DNA of 64,000 bases from Lama glama (taxonomy: Eukaryota), in contig CM052832.1 in the NCBI GenBank assembly GCA_028534125.1, forward strand, positions 11,224,001-11,288,000, read 5' to 3'. Shown piece after piece: positions 62,750 to 64,000 of this stretch. The notes below the pieces were generated by a model. It was given only the letters and a program-made list of their open reading frames with translations. It was not told the origin of the DNA and ran no database searches. The number at the start of each line of letters is the position of its first letter. The stretch's first letter is position 1. The position numbers and the translations under genes were made by a program.

Positions 62750-63280
62750 AAATCCCAAGGTCTGCCCAGGATCTGCTTCCTCCTTGTAAACAAAAAGACC
62801 CTTAACTTATGACTTTTTATAATCTTCTCATATTCTCCCCTTTGCTCACTGTGCTTCAGGTTGCAGCACTCCAAAAATCTTCAGCCTTAGGGCATCTGGC
62901 TATTTCCTCTGCCTGGAATGCTCTTCCCCCAGATAGGCACATAGCTCACACTGTCACCTGTTTAAACCCTCTGCTCAATGGCATCTTCTTAATGAGGCAT
63001 GCCCTAACCACCCTAGTGAAAACTGCAGCCCACTCCCTCCCCAACTACTACTGACCCCCCTACTTAGTCTACATTTTTTTTTCCATAGCACTTTCCACCA
63101 TCTGACATATATAATTTACCCATGTACTATGGCTGTTGTACATTATCTGTCTCCTCTGCTTGAATGTCAGCTTCACAAGGAATGGGGTCTTTTTCTATTC
63201 TGTTCACCGATGATTCCCAAGCCCCTATAACAGTGCGGCCCATAGTAGCTACCCAGTGAATATTTGTAAAATGAATGAAG
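62750..63280 (-). mobile_element. L2 3' end (continuation of the L2 piece at about 60960-61028)
   Basis: cctctgcctggaatgctcttcccccagat..catagcactttccaccatctgacat..aatatttgtaaaatgaatgaa. Confidence 0.85.
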
Positions 63281-64000
63281 TCTGAAATTATTAGATAAAC
63301 ATGCAGTTGCTGTGAAAGCCAGAATTATTCATGTAACTGCAATGTATTTTTCTTTGTTGTGCAGTAGGCAAATTAGATTCTTGATTCCTCAAATTGTTTA
63401 CAGCTAATGCTTTTGTATTTCCATCCATTTTAATTAATGAAAATTCCTATTATGGAGCATACACTGAATGCATGCTAATTAAATTGTGTTGTTCATATAA
63501 TTGTAGTCATAAAAGACTTTCAGAACACTAAAAACTTTGTTATAAAAGCTTAAACAGTTGAAATAAAAAGAAAACCCCAGTGGCTGAATTCTTTATTTGC
63601 TTGTTAAGAATATTTCTTCTCTTATGAGACGCTGTTTTGCCTCAATGTAAATGATGAAAGTAGTACAGTACGTTTTCACTTAGGAGTGTCTGTATTTTCA
63701 ATCTTAATTTAGGTGCATAGCCAACTATGTTAGCAATTAGGAACTATTCTTTTTCACAGATAAAAATCTGGGGTTTGGTTACTAAAGAAAAAGGGGAGAA
63801 AGACTTTTGGGAGGCAATGAGAAGTCTGTGCCTCATGCTGTCTCCTAAAACACACACCAAGCATTGATCATGGAGCTGGAAGACCATGTGACCCAAGTTA
63901 GGAAAGCCTTAAAACCTCTGGATTTGTGCTAATTTGGTGCCTTTAAGAGCTCCCTTCCTTCTCTTGCCTAAGGTGTCAGACATGCTTTAAAGAGGTTCCT

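Overview
Mammalian genomic DNA, probably from a camelid (judged from a Vic-1-like tRNA SINE and a camelid-type L1 3' end). It is mostly repeats (L1, L2, MIR, ERVL/MaLR LTRs, hAT and MULE DNA transposons). The only clear host gene is the 5' end of KIF6 (kinesin-9) on the + strand: a CpG-island promoter near 38.6-39.4 kb, coding exons 1-3 at 38898-38963, 42721-42830 and 47078-47152, and intron 3 running off the right end. The left ~38 kb is intergenic; in human, DAAM2 lies head-to-head on this side. The main surprise is a decayed ~1 kb minus-strand segment (about 18054-19080). Its conceptual translation is collinear with bornavirus nucleoprotein, making it a candidate endogenous bornavirus-like N element (EBLN). 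Other notable items are a long-TIR element with a MULE transposase remnant, two twin-primed inverted L1 insertions, an L1 lacking all of ORF2, a solo poly(A) insertion with a perfect TSD, and a 23-bp XRE/HRE-core minisatellite in KIF6 intron 1. Family names and reference protein comparisons come from memory, not from searches, and repeat boundaries are approximate.
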